NCBI GenBank assembly: GCA_964450605.1
Contig: CAYVEK010000002.1
Span: forward strand, 14,384-78,383
Reading direction: 5' to 3'
Length of the DNA: 64,000 nucleotides
Source of the DNA: an uncultured Candidatus Saccharibacteria bacterium
GTDB taxonomy: Bacteria; Patescibacteriota; Minisyncoccia; Phycocordibacterales; CAIZLB01
Shown: positions 38,295-48,067 of the stretch, piece by piece
Numbering within the stretch: the first letter of the stretch is position 1
Layout: each line of letters begins with the position of its first letter
The notes under the pieces: generated by a model
What the model was told of the DNA's origin: nothing
The model's input: only the letters and a program-made list of their open reading frames with translations
Databases searched by the model: none
Made by a program: the position numbers and the translations under genes

Positions 38295-39341
38295 CTAGTA
38301 TATCATAGGTTTAAGACCTGCAAGTTGTAGAGCTTTATCTACCAGTTGAAGAACTGCTTTTTTGGTTTCAGCGGTTACTAAAAAGAGTGCATTGTGGCAA
38401 AATCGAGCATCTTTAACACCAGAGATTTGTTCAAGCTCAGCTTTTTCTTTTCCTCCCCACTCTTTTGGAAATGGAAGACGTGCCTCAAATGAATCCATGC
38501 TTTTTCGGACAACCTCAGCGCCCCAACCACCTCTTCTATGAGGGTACACAAAAAATAAAGCCTCAGGGAAAATAGAATAATCTATTTTATAGGCCTGATC
38601 ACACACTATAACTCTTTTATCTTTAGATTTACTATAAATCTTTTCAACCTTACTCTTATACAATTCATCATAATATGCAGTAGTTAGAACATCTTCAAGT
38701 ACCACTTCTGCAAAACTCACAGTTTTGAAAAACTTTTTATCTAAAGCTTTTACTGTAGCCGTGTCAGTATTTTCTGATCCCGCAAGAACCGCCCCTACAC
38801 TGGTCGCGACATACATACTCAGAGTAAAAACTTCTGTTTTATCAAAAAGCGGTTTATAGGTATCCTGACCATTGTCAGCCGCATCAAGACCTCTTATCAG
38901 CTTATGATTTACGCGAATAGCGATATTTTCCGCCATCTGTTTTCCTATGTCTTTACCAGATATTTTTTTTACATACAGAGCACATACTGATGCACCGAAA
39001 TGTTTCCAAAGCAAACCTATAGAAGAATATTTTATACCATTATCATATGTATCAGCTCCCCCTGTTTGATGATGATCAAATCGAAGTTTTGAGGAGTCAT
39101 ATATGCGACCACAATCAAAAACCATATCTGCTTTTTCAAGTGCTAATGAGTCAACTGGGTTACGAGTGATAGTGTATTTTTGCTCTGGAAGACCAAGTGA
39201 AAAAAATAGACGGAGTAAGGCTGACGCGAACACATCATCAGCATGAAAAGTTTTATCATGTGTAGCTAATACTAGCTTGGGTTTACCTATAATCTTTTTT
39301 AAAGCTTTAGAAACTGAAGTTTCGAGATATGGAATATGCAT
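38295..39341 (-). CDS. MYG1 family protein (DHH-like exonuclease)
   Basis: THDKTFHADDV, FDHHQ, SSIGLLWKHFG, DAADNG, PFPKEWGG, FCHNALF. Confidence 0.9.
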   Translation of the reverse strand: MHIPYLETSVSKALKKIIGKPKLVLATHDKTFHADDVFASALLRLFFSLGLPEQKYTITRNPVDSLALEKADMVFDCGRIYDSSKLRFDHHQTGGADTYDNGIKYSSIGLLWKHFGASVCALYVKKISGKDIGKQMAENIAIRVNHKLIRGLDAADNGQDTYKPLFDKTEVFTLSMYVATSVGAVLAGSENTDTATVKALDKKFFKTVSFAEVVLEDVLTTAYYDELYKSKVEKIYSKSKDKRVIVCDQAYKIDYSIFPEALFFVYPHRRGGWGAEVVRKSMDSFEARLPFPKEWGGKEKAELEQISGVKDARFCHNALFLVTAETKKAVLQLVDKALQLAGLKPMIY

Positions 39342-39360
39342 ATATTAAAACTATAGCACA

Positions 39361-40395
39361 CTATACCTCTTTTGCTTTCCACGCATCAATAATAGCAACA
39401 AACACACTAAGAACCAACGGACCGAACAAAAAGCCTTCTGGGCCAAACAAAGCGATACCGCCGATAACTGATAAAAGTATAAACAACGGATGTATCTGTA
39501 TACCTTTATTTATCATTTTTGGCCCAAGAACGTTATCAATAAGCCCAACAGCAACGATACCCCACACAAGTTGACCTATCCATGCTATAGAACCGTCACC
39601 GTCTGTCATATATAGATATATAGCGGCAGGTATCCAGATAATAGCCGGACCTACACCAGGAACAAGAGCAAACATGCCAGCTACTGCTCCCCAGAAAAAT
39701 GGATTTGGAACACCAAAGATAGTAAATCCTAGTCCACTGACGAGACCTTGAGCTAATGCAACCACAAGTGAGCCTATGAGAATAGAACGAACTGCGATTT
39801 TAAGTGATGAAAATATCTTGTTGTCATCATTTTCTTTAAGAGGAGTTATTCGTTTATATAGATCTTTGAAATGCTCAGAATCTTTCAGGAAATAAAATAG
39901 TGCAATCAAGAACAAAAATGTTTTGAGCACTAAATCAAATGTACCAGAGAAAAATGTGCCTAGATTATCAACGACAAAACCTGATATGCCTTGCGCAATC
40001 TGTTCAAACTTTAAATCTAAGTTAGGAAAATATGGATGCAGTGCTTGCTCTATGCGAGCAGATAGTACACTCGTACCACCTTCAGTTACACTGGAGTAAA
40101 AACCTTGTGCATCTGAAAAAATCTTACTCAAAACTATAGTAAACGGTGTGATAATAAGCAGTATCATGAGTACCACTGTTATAAGAGATGCTGAAGCTGA
40201 AGATATAGAGCTAAGCCATTTTCTCTTTTTCAAAAAATCACGTATACGTGTATGAACTGGAAGCACCATGAGTGCACAAGCATATGCCAGAGCCAAGACA
40301 ATCAAGAACTTAGACAAGACGGCAAATGACAGAAAGCCAAATAGTATAAGTAAAACAATAAAAAATATGTTTCGTAAATTAAAAATACCTTGCAT
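39361..40395 (-). CDS. AI-2E family transporter
   Basis: Multi-TM; LFYFLKD, QG, PGVG, IDNVLGP, HPLFILLSVIGG..LFG..GFLFGP; start at ATG 40395 (TGgTATACT-N6). Confidence 0.9.
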   Translation of the reverse strand: MQGIFNLRNIFFIVLLILFGFLSFAVLSKFLIVLALAYACALMVLPVHTRIRDFLKKRKWLSSISSASASLITVVLMILLIITPFTIVLSKIFSDAQGFYSSVTEGGTSVLSARIEQALHPYFPNLDLKFEQIAQGISGFVVDNLGTFFSGTFDLVLKTFLFLIALFYFLKDSEHFKDLYKRITPLKENDDNKIFSSLKIAVRSILIGSLVVALAQGLVSGLGFTIFGVPNPFFWGAVAGMFALVPGVGPAIIWIPAAIYLYMTDGDGSIAWIGQLVWGIVAVGLIDNVLGPKMINKGIQIHPLFILLSVIGGIALFGPEGFLFGPLVLSVFVAIIDAWKAKEV

Positions 40396-40434
40396 GGCAT
40401 CAGTATACCATTGCAAGGTATTTTTAGGCTATAG

Positions 40435-42765
40435 TTATTTATTTTCAGTATTTACTTTCAAATGTTGCATCGCCCGAACAAACTCCTCGTTAACTTTTTG
40501 CTCTAGATCTTTGAACATTATCAAGCCTTCCCTCTTATATTCAACCAGCGGATCTCGCTGACCAATACCTCGAAGCCCAACACTTGATCGAAGATGGTCC
40601 ATATGATCAAGGTGATTCATCCAGAAGTAATCATTTGCTTGTAGCCACATGTGTCGTGCGACTTGATAGAAATGTTCTTCACCTAGTTGACCTTTTAGAT
40701 TCAAAACTTCTGGTGTTTCAGGAAGTAGGATGTCTATCTTTTGTTTTAATTCTTCAGCAGATGCAAGAAGCAAATCTCTTCTTCTTCGATATACACTTTG
40801 TCGCTGTTGATTGAGAACGTTGTCATATTCAAGAACTTGTTTTCGTCCGTCAAAATGAAATCCTTCTATTCTCTTTTGGGCTGACTCAAGAGTTCGTGAT
40901 ACCAGTGGATGCTGTATAGCTTCATCTTCTGCCAGATTCATCTTAGTCATCAGATTTCGTATAAGTGTATTATTTCCAAATACACGCATCAGGTTATCAT
41001 CAAGAGAAACATAGAACTGTGTCTCTCCTGGATCTCCTTGTCGTCCAGAACGACCTCGTAGCTGATTGTCTATACGTCGAGCTTCATGACGCTCTGTACC
41101 GATAACATAGAGACCTCCGAGTGTTCGTATCTCTTCAGCTTCTTCTTTTGTAGCGGCAGGTCCACCAAGTTTTATATCAACACCTCGTCCTGCCATGTTT
41201 GTAGCTATAGTTACAGCACCTTTTTTACCAGCCTGAGCAACGATTTCTCCTTCTCGCTCTGCAAATTCTGGTTTGGCGTTCAATATGTTGTGCGGAACAC
41301 CTGATACTTTTAGATATTGTGAAAGGAGTTCGTTTTTTTCTATAGAAATAGTACCGACAAGAACAGGTTGCCCTTTTTGATTAAGTTCTTTGATCTTTTT
41401 TGCAATAGCTTTAAATTTACCAAGTTCCGTTAAGAATATAAGGTCATGCAAATCTTTTCGTGCAACAGGTCTATGTGTTGGTACTTCTATTACATCCAAA
41501 CCATATACTTTTACAAACTCTTCTCGACTTGTAAGACCTGTTCCTGTCATACCAGCAAGCTTTACATACAGTCTAAAGAAGTTTTGATATGTGATAGATG
41601 CAGCTGTTTTACTTTCTCGTTGTATCTGCACACCCTCTTTTGCCTCTATGGCTTGATGTATGCCCTCTGACCATCGTCGACCAGGTTGTAAACGTCCAGT
41701 TGATGCATCAACAATAATAACCTCTCCATCTTTTACAAGGTAATCAACTTCTTTAACAAAAAGCGCCTGTGCTTTTACAGCAGTCTCAAGATGATGAACA
41801 AGTTGTATGTTTGCAGTATCGTATAGATTTGATACACCAAGATTTTTCTCAGTAAGAGCGATACCGGCATCTGTTAATGTTACGGCCCGGTTTTTCTCAT
41901 CAACAATATAATGCTCTTCAGCATTCATATTTCGAACAATCTTGGCAAACTTCTTATATAGATCGTCAGATTCCGCTGCTGGTTGAGAGATGATAAGAGG
42001 TGTTCTTGATTCATCTATAAGAATAGAATCAGCCTCATCGATAATGGCAAAGAAAGGATCTCGCTGACGTAGATCTTGTACCTGCATACTGATGTTGTCA
42101 AACAAATAATCAAAACCAAATGCACTGTTTGTACCATATGTTATATCTGCTCTATATGCTTCTTGTTTAGTACAAGGTTTTAAAAACTTATGACCAACTT
42201 TAAAACTACCTGTCTGGTCTTCTACTTTATCTTCTTCAGGTGTTGTATGTGTTGGATCATACATGTATGCCTGATGTTGTGTTACAACTGCAACAGAAAG
42301 CCCAAGCATGTAATACACCTGACCCATCCATGCAGCATCTCGACATGATAGATAATCGTTTACTGTAACAACGTGTACACCGAGTCCAGTAAGTGCATTC
42401 AAATACGTAGGAAGTGTTGCCATCTGAGTTTTTCCTTCTCCTGTTTTCATTTCAGCAATATTTCCATCATGCAAAATCATTCCACCAATAAGCTGTACAT
42501 CATAATGTCTCTGATTTAATGTTCTCTTTGCTGATTCTCGTACAAGTGCAAATGCCTCAACTAAGTGACTATCTAACATGGGCTGAATAGATGCTCTATC
42601 CTTCTTTTCTGGTAGATTTGGTCGTATTGCATTTTGTAGAGCTATAGACTTTATCTTAAGCTCTTCATCAGATAGACCTTGGAGACTTACCTCTAAGGCA
42701 TTGATTTCATTGACTTTTTTCTGATATTTCTTGGTCGGCGAACCGAATAGATTAAATAATGACAT
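40435..42765 (-). CDS. secA: Preprotein translocase subunit SecA (compact)
   Basis: EMKTGEGKT, TVNDYL, DEADSILIDE, ATNMAGRG, QLRGRSGRQGDPG, DPLVEYKREG; start at ATG 42765 because the upstream part of the ORF lies in a terminator. Confidence 0.97.
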   Translation of the reverse strand: MSLFNLFGSPTKKYQKKVNEINALEVSLQGLSDEELKIKSIALQNAIRPNLPEKKDRASIQPMLDSHLVEAFALVRESAKRTLNQRHYDVQLIGGMILHDGNIAEMKTGEGKTQMATLPTYLNALTGLGVHVVTVNDYLSCRDAAWMGQVYYMLGLSVAVVTQHQAYMYDPTHTTPEEDKVEDQTGSFKVGHKFLKPCTKQEAYRADITYGTNSAFGFDYLFDNISMQVQDLRQRDPFFAIIDEADSILIDESRTPLIISQPAAESDDLYKKFAKIVRNMNAEEHYIVDEKNRAVTLTDAGIALTEKNLGVSNLYDTANIQLVHHLETAVKAQALFVKEVDYLVKDGEVIIVDASTGRLQPGRRWSEGIHQAIEAKEGVQIQRESKTAASITYQNFFRLYVKLAGMTGTGLTSREEFVKVYGLDVIEVPTHRPVARKDLHDLIFLTELGKFKAIAKKIKELNQKGQPVLVGTISIEKNELLSQYLKVSGVPHNILNAKPEFAEREGEIVAQAGKKGAVTIATNMAGRGVDIKLGGPAATKEEAEEIRTLGGLYVIGTERHEARRIDNQLRGRSGRQGDPGETQFYVSLDDNLMRVFGNNTLIRNLMTKMNLAEDEAIQHPLVSRTLESAQKRIEGFHFDGRKQVLEYDNVLNQQRQSVYRRRRDLLLASAEELKQKIDILLPETPEVLNLKGQLGEEHFYQVARHMWLQANDYFWMNHLDHMDHLRSSVGLRGIGQRDPLVEYKREGLIMFKDLEQKVNEEFVRAMQHLKVNTENK

Positions 42766-42784
42766 GTATACATATATAGCATAT

Positions 42785-42826
42785 AAACGCAAAACGCGCT
42801 GGTCCGTGAGGACCAACGCGTTTCGC
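42785..42826 (-). terminator. Terminator after the small basic peptide gene
   Basis: Minus strand GCGAAACGCGTTGGTCC-tcac-GGACCAGCGCGTTTTGC followed by GTTTAT. Confidence 0.75.
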
Positions 42827-42843
42827 TTAGTGGGACTAAGAGA

Positions 42844-42924
42844 TTATTTTCTCTTAGCTGTTTTTTTAGCTTTTTTCTTAGCTACTTTTTTTGTAGCTTT
42901 TTTAGCTTTTTTCTTTGCTGCCAT
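42844..42924 (-). CDS. 26-aa Lys/Ala-rich histone-H1-like peptide
   Basis: Manual translation MAAKKKAKKATKKVAKKKAKKTAKRK*; below the ORF-track cutoff; has its own promoter, leader and terminator. Confidence 0.8.
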   Translation of the reverse strand: MAAKKKAKKATKKVAKKKAKKTAKRK

Positions 42925-43098
42925 TTTTTTGTTTCAAAAAATTATTTTTAGAAAGAGCTCTTTCTTTGTCTGAAAATATTTCATAAAAAGAAAGCAATCA
43001 ACCGTGTTATGTAGATGTCCGACAAACATCTTCATCGACACGTAACTTTATTATCACGCAAAAAAAGTTTTGATGCAAATTTTTTTTGTAACTTTTTA

Positions 43099-43107
43099 TG
43101 TGGATAA
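43099..43107 (-). promoter_or_regulatory. Perfect DnaA box (single)
   Basis: Intergenic TGTGGATAA, i.e. TTATCCACA on the minus strand. Confidence 0.4.
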
Positions 43108-43125
43108 ATATTTTTATAAAATTAT

Positions 43126-43707
43126 TTATTCAAAAATTTTAAAATCTCTCATAAACCAGTTTGAATTTTTTTTCAACAGCACTCCTTCAACAATAATTTC
43201 TTTTTTAGCCCACTTTTTATCAACAGATACAAGTTCTATTACCACAACTTCAGTTTGAGACATTCGATTTACAAATAATTTTCCATTACGGACAGAGCCG
43301 TACTCAATATCACCATCTTCGTTGTGAATAAAAAGTTTTCCATTTATTCTTATTTCTTTTCCTTCATTTTTCTGTAAATATTCTGCGATAGAAACATACC
43401 CATCAGGAAGGATAAAAGATTTTCTTTCAGAAATGCTGGATGATGGAGAATTTTTCTTAATCGTATAAAAAACAACCGGCACTGACAGTAAACACGTTAA
43501 GATAAAACCTATAATAAGTAAGGTTGTTGTTTTAAATACAAATATACTCAAAATTAAAATAATCAAACTTATAAGTAGTGGTATATATATTGATGCAAGA
43601 TGAGAAAACTTTGCACCAGGAGAATCTAAAAACAATGTAGAAAATAGTAAAATTATAATCCATACAAAAACGTTAATTGATTCTAAGGCCAGGATGATGG
43701 TTCGCAT
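43126..43707 (-). CDS. Hypothetical membrane protein (3 N-terminal TM plus soluble domain)
   Basis: Hydrophobic N-terminal half; TGtTATACT-N6-ATG at 43707. Confidence 0.7.
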   Translation of the reverse strand: MRTIILALESINVFVWIIILLFSTLFLDSPGAKFSHLASIYIPLLISLIILILSIFVFKTTTLLIIGFILTCLLSVPVVFYTIKKNSPSSSISERKSFILPDGYVSIAEYLQKNEGKEIRINGKLFIHNEDGDIEYGSVRNGKLFVNRMSQTEVVVIELVSVDKKWAKKEIIVEGVLLKKNSNWFMRDFKIFE

Positions 43708-43721
43708 ACATATAGTATAAC

Positions 43722-43759
43722 AAAGAAAAAGCGCGACGATGTGTTTCAATCGTAGCGCT
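43722..43759 (-). terminator. Terminator after the coiled-coil/Pro-rich gene
   Basis: Minus strand AGCGCTACGAT...ATCGTCGCGCT followed by TTTTCTTT. Confidence 0.7.
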
Positions 43760-43814
43760 CGTGTATTTGATGACGCAGTTTGTTTCTGCAAAAATTTTGC
43801 GATGTAATATCGCG

Positions 43815-44945
43815 TTAACCTTGCGGCGGAGGTGGAGGTTCACCATCTATATCACCATCACCCACCCCGCCTCCAGACGGATTTACTGGAGGAAAAACCA
43901 TTGTTGCATCCGGATCTGGTGGATTGCTACTGACAGGTGTAGGATCGATTGGGATAGATCTCCTCACAGGTGGTGCCGGACTAGGTCTCACAGGAGCCGA
44001 TCCGCCACCAACCATTGTTACACATGGCAACGGGTCAGGTTTGTGCGGGAAGTTGAATGGCCTTTGCGGCAGTAACACTGGATCTTGTGGAGTAACAACT
44101 TCGTCTTCCTCAAGAGGATCGTCGCCATACTCATCTTTCGACCACCGACTTCTCCAATCTTTAATCTTTTCGGTGATGGGATGGCGAAAAATTATCACCA
44201 AGAATACGAACGTGACTACCAGTCCTAAGGACCAGTACCCGAATCCAAATTGTTCTTGAGATACAGTGCTCTCATCGCGCTCAGCTGAAGTTGTAACCGG
44301 CGTTGTGGGTACTACTTGGGGCTGAGCAGCAACCTGTGCCCGCTGTTCTTCCAACAGCCTAACTGTGTCGGTGGCCAGCTTGAGCTGCTCAGCCATCTTA
44401 GTTCCCTCTTCTTTCAGAGCGGAGACTTGTCCCTCGAGAGCAATCTTTTCCGCTTTGAGTTTTTCGACCAGATCTTCGGTCTTTTTTTTCTCAACCCTGA
44501 GAGCTTCCACTTCCAGCTTCAGAGCATCGGCGCGAGCTTTTTCAGCTTCAGCTTTCGCCTCAGCTTTTTCTAGATCCTTAATGACCTGTGGAATCACCTC
44601 CAAGCTTGGAAGTGCATCGTTTGGATTATCCAGAGACTTAAGCCCTGTCCGCCGATGAAATTCCTCCACAGTGCGCGCCGGCCACATATGAGTGACAAGC
44701 ACACGGTTGCGGCCGATGATGGCTCTATACCCCATCGCACAAGGCGTGAGGCATTTGATGTTCGTATGCACCGCACGCGGACACACGACTTTAATCTCAT
44801 CACACTGAGCCTCGATAAGACTCTTGATGGTAAGCGTGGTGGAAGGGTATACAACCCCATCCACTGTACGCCCTTTAGCCGGGGCGAGTTCGGCACTAGA
44901 GAGGATGATCAACAGAGCGATCACCCATCGAACTATAGTGTTCAT
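43815..44945 (-). CDS. Orphan type-I-topology membrane protein: signal peptide, Cys-containing domain, coiled coil, TM, Pro-rich tail
   Basis: MNTIVRWVIALLIILSSA; EKAEAKAEAEKARADALK heptads; TM GYWSLGLVVTFVFLVIIF; ends EPPPPPQG; promoter TTGACG-17-TATATT at 45023-45051. Confidence 0.75.
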   Translation of the reverse strand: MNTIVRWVIALLIILSSAELAPAKGRTVDGVVYPSTTLTIKSLIEAQCDEIKVVCPRAVHTNIKCLTPCAMGYRAIIGRNRVLVTHMWPARTVEEFHRRTGLKSLDNPNDALPSLEVIPQVIKDLEKAEAKAEAEKARADALKLEVEALRVEKKKTEDLVEKLKAEKIALEGQVSALKEEGTKMAEQLKLATDTVRLLEEQRAQVAAQPQVVPTTPVTTSAERDESTVSQEQFGFGYWSLGLVVTFVFLVIIFRHPITEKIKDWRSRWSKDEYGDDPLEEDEVVTPQDPVLLPQRPFNFPHKPDPLPCVTMVGGGSAPVRPSPAPPVRRSIPIDPTPVSSNPPDPDATMVFPPVNPSGGGVGDGDIDGEPPPPPQG

Positions 44946-45033
44946 GACGTTAGAAAAATGAAGCCACACTCTCAAATCCACCCGGATCCAAGAGCACAAC
45001 TTCGGAAATACTGTGCATTGGCAATATACAATT

Positions 45034-45076
45034 AAAAAGAAGTGCCGTCAACCATCGCGAACAGCACTTCTTTTTT
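45034..45076. terminator. Terminator that overlaps the -35 box of the next gene
   Basis: AAAAAGAAGTGC...GCACTTCTTTTT inverted repeat. Confidence 0.7.
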
Positions 45077-45093
45077 CATACATCTATCGAAAA

Positions 45094-47361
45094 CTACTTT
45101 GCTAGAGTCTCAAACTCAGCTTTCTTTTCTGGTATAAGCTCACCAAGTCTCTTGGCCAAAACTTTTGCAGCAACAGGTTGTTTAATCTCTTTGAATGGAC
45201 TCCACAATCTAGTATCAAACACCACCTTGTGACCATACTGTTTGTATGCATCTGCCAAGATCTGTGCAACACCACCAAGTGCAACAAGATCAAATGAATT
45301 ATCTTTTTTTCGCGCAGCCTCTATACTCATAGAAACATAATATGTTAACGCCTCTTCATTTTGTAGAGCATCTTGATATGCCTTTCGAACATATTCAACC
45401 GCTCTATCTTTTTCCCCTTTTCGTATATGTAGCAGTGCAAGTGCATACGCGAATGCCTGCTTCTTTGGAGATAGATTATATGCCTTTTCTGCATACAACA
45501 TCGCGTTGTTAATATCACCTATGGCTGTATACATATTTGCTGCAAAAAATGAATATCGAGGTTCATTTGGAGTTAGATTTATCTGTTTATTTATCTGCTC
45601 TTCTGCAAGAGTATAGAAATTCATTTTGGTTTGCTGTGATACTGTTTGAGAATTTATAGCTGAAGCAGTTAGGTTTGTAAGCTGTTCAAACACTTCACTT
45701 GTTGGACGCCCTGTATCATATATCTCTTTAATAAGATTGTATGATATGTCCATAGGAGACTCTTTTAGACGGGCAGCTATCTCAGGTGTAACTTGTGATT
45801 GTTGATTTGCAACAGCGACGGCTTTTGCAAGATTTGAATTTTGCGTAAGAGGAACAAGTACTGATTTGTACATGGTATAACAACATACCAGAAGAACAGC
45901 AAATGATGTTCCAAGTATCACAGTTCCAATATCATCAAATCGTTTTTCTTTTGTAGAAATTCGATCATGAGTGTTTCTGTCATGAACATAAGCTAAGAAT
46001 AAGAAGAACAAAACATAACTTGTTAAGTTATCAAACACGAACAGATTGTGAATAAAATACGCAACAAGTAATCCAAGCAAAACTGATCTCTCGACAACAG
46101 TCATCTGAGTTTTCTTTGATAAGATGAGCCAAGCTGCTAGCACGAAGAAAGATAGATATGCAAGAAGTCCAAAAGTTCCCGTTGCGATCCACCAATCTAG
46201 GAACACATTGTGAGATCGATCAAACCAATGCTCTCGATCATACATGTTCGGATTATAATATTTTGCAAATACTTGACCGAAATTATCCTGCCCCCAACCA
46301 AACCAAGGTTTTTCTTGGATACCCTGCAAAGCAACACCCCACAACATCTTTCTATCACCTCCAACTGTATTAAATATTTTTTCAAAATCAAAACTAATCA
46401 AATTTGCATAACGTGCTAGTTGAGGTTTTGACTGAACCCACTGACTATTTTTAGAGATACCAAGCACAGCAACACATGCAAGCATTGCAGTAAATACACC
46501 TAGCGCTATGTATTTCAATACTTTGTTTTTCTCTTTCCAGGCAAGATAAATAGAAGTAATAAATATTCCACCTATAAGACCAGCAAACGAACCTCGAGTA
46601 CCTGTTTTATATAAGATAAATAAATTAAATACTCCAATAACTACAAAAACAACAATACCAACCACCTCTATCGACTCCAATCTTCGAGCAGGCTTATGTT
46701 GACCAGGTTGAAGTAACTCAGACTCTCTATTACCTCGAACAAACATCAGAACAAATAATAATGATAAGAAGGCATGTATAAGTGCATAGACTCCTAGATA
46801 TGATGAGTTTCCAAGAGGCCCTGATATACGAGCTGCGGCCTTAACAGATTCTAGTTGGGATGCTGGGACACCAGCCTGCACAGCCTGAGCAACAGCTTTG
46901 CTTATATCTCCAAGAGACCATACACCAACTACTGCAGAAACAAATAAGCTAAAACCAGCGAGCCAAGCCCACTCTCTCTTACGTACTGTGGCTGATGCCG
47001 CTATAAATAAGGCTCCGAGATGCAACATTAGAGAATAACCTTCCATACGTTCAAAGTTGCTCCAGAAACTTCTAAAAGGGCTTTCACTTAAAATATTTGA
47101 AATACCAGCAATAACCAAAAACGCAACCAGTGCATACAGCAACTTAGACTTGCGCGGACGAGATGATGGATCTATAACAGCTAGTACTATATATAGTCCG
47201 AGAGTTAGCTGTGTTAAAGCTTTTATAAATAATCCTTTACCTACTATATAAGGGAAATACATTTTTCCTCCAAATATAAGTGGTGTGCACAAGAGTATTG
47301 CTAAGAATCCTAGTATAATTATTCGCAAAATAGACTTTGCCTGTGAATTTTGAGTAGTCAT
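45094..47361 (-). CDS. O-antigen ligase/Wzy_C family membrane protein with C-terminal TPRs
   Basis: Multi-TM; GPLGNSSYLG, TGTRGS, PWFGWG, DRSHNVFLD; TPR-like C-terminus (AEKAYNLSPK). Confidence 0.85.
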   Translation of the reverse strand: MTTQNSQAKSILRIIILGFLAILLCTPLIFGGKMYFPYIVGKGLFIKALTQLTLGLYIVLAVIDPSSRPRKSKLLYALVAFLVIAGISNILSESPFRSFWSNFERMEGYSLMLHLGALFIAASATVRKREWAWLAGFSLFVSAVVGVWSLGDISKAVAQAVQAGVPASQLESVKAAARISGPLGNSSYLGVYALIHAFLSLLFVLMFVRGNRESELLQPGQHKPARRLESIEVVGIVVFVVIGVFNLFILYKTGTRGSFAGLIGGIFITSIYLAWKEKNKVLKYIALGVFTAMLACVAVLGISKNSQWVQSKPQLARYANLISFDFEKIFNTVGGDRKMLWGVALQGIQEKPWFGWGQDNFGQVFAKYYNPNMYDREHWFDRSHNVFLDWWIATGTFGLLAYLSFFVLAAWLILSKKTQMTVVERSVLLGLLVAYFIHNLFVFDNLTSYVLFFLFLAYVHDRNTHDRISTKEKRFDDIGTVILGTSFAVLLVCCYTMYKSVLVPLTQNSNLAKAVAVANQQSQVTPEIAARLKESPMDISYNLIKEIYDTGRPTSEVFEQLTNLTASAINSQTVSQQTKMNFYTLAEEQINKQINLTPNEPRYSFFAANMYTAIGDINNAMLYAEKAYNLSPKKQAFAYALALLHIRKGEKDRAVEYVRKAYQDALQNEEALTYYVSMSIEAARKKDNSFDLVALGGVAQILADAYKQYGHKVVFDTRLWSPFKEIKQPVAAKVLAKRLGELIPEKKAEFETLAK

Positions 47362-47395
47362 AGCGCTATGATAGCATACTAATAAAGGCAAAAAT

Positions 47396-48067
47396 ATGAT
47401 TCCTAAAGAAATACATTACGTTTGGGTTGGTGGCAAGGAGCTACCACAAACGGCTCAAAAATGCTTGGAAAGTTGGCAAAAAAATATGCCTGACTTTAAG
47501 ATCACTCGATGGGATGAAACAAACAGCCCTATGTCTGTCCCATATATACAATATATGTATACGGCCAAGAAGTGGGCCTTTGTTTCTGACTATATACGTT
47601 TTTGGGTTCTAAAAAATAAAGGCGGTCTGTATTTTGATACAGATAGCCTTGTACTAAAGCCTTTTGGGCCAGAGCTCATGAATGGAGACGCATTTGATGT
47701 GTTTCTCGGATGGATGCAGGATGGATATATAGGGTGTGGGGTTATAGGCGCTGTGGTAAATCATCCTTTTATATCCGCCGTACTCGATGCGTATGATAAG
47801 GCGGACCCTACTCTCTTTGAGACCTGTCCTCAGATAGTTACGCGTGTATACAAAAGTCAGACATGGGATAAGGTAAAGATTTTTGACATTGCATATTTTA
47901 ATCCGTGTGAAGCTCAAGAAAAAAGAACTCTTGAAAAATTAAAACTTGCGTACGTTGACAATATGTATGCTGAAAGCTGGGTATCCTACCGATGGCTTAG
48001 ACGTTTTTTGAGAAAGACAGGTTTAATGAAAATTATAAAGAAAATACTCGGCCATGCAAAAAGTTAA
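47396..48067 (+). CDS. Glycosyltransferase, GT32/DXD sugar-binding family
   Basis: MIPKEIHYVWVGG, WAFVSDYIR, GGLYFDTD. Confidence 0.9.
   Translation: MIPKEIHYVWVGGKELPQTAQKCLESWQKNMPDFKITRWDETNSPMSVPYIQYMYTAKKWAFVSDYIRFWVLKNKGGLYFDTDSLVLKPFGPELMNGDAFDVFLGWMQDGYIGCGVIGAVVNHPFISAVLDAYDKADPTLFETCPQIVTRVYKSQTWDKVKIFDIAYFNPCEAQEKRTLEKLKLAYVDNMYAESWVSYRWLRRFLRKTGLMKIIKKILGHAKS

Noticed and set aside
42731-42973. 80-aa + strand hydrophobic ORF (FLAFFLATFF...)
   Set aside because: Mirror image of the Lys/Ala peptide on the minus strand, which has the promoter and terminator.
43099-43107. Replication origin
   Set aside because: Only one perfect DnaA box, with no box cluster and no dnaA/dnaN nearby.
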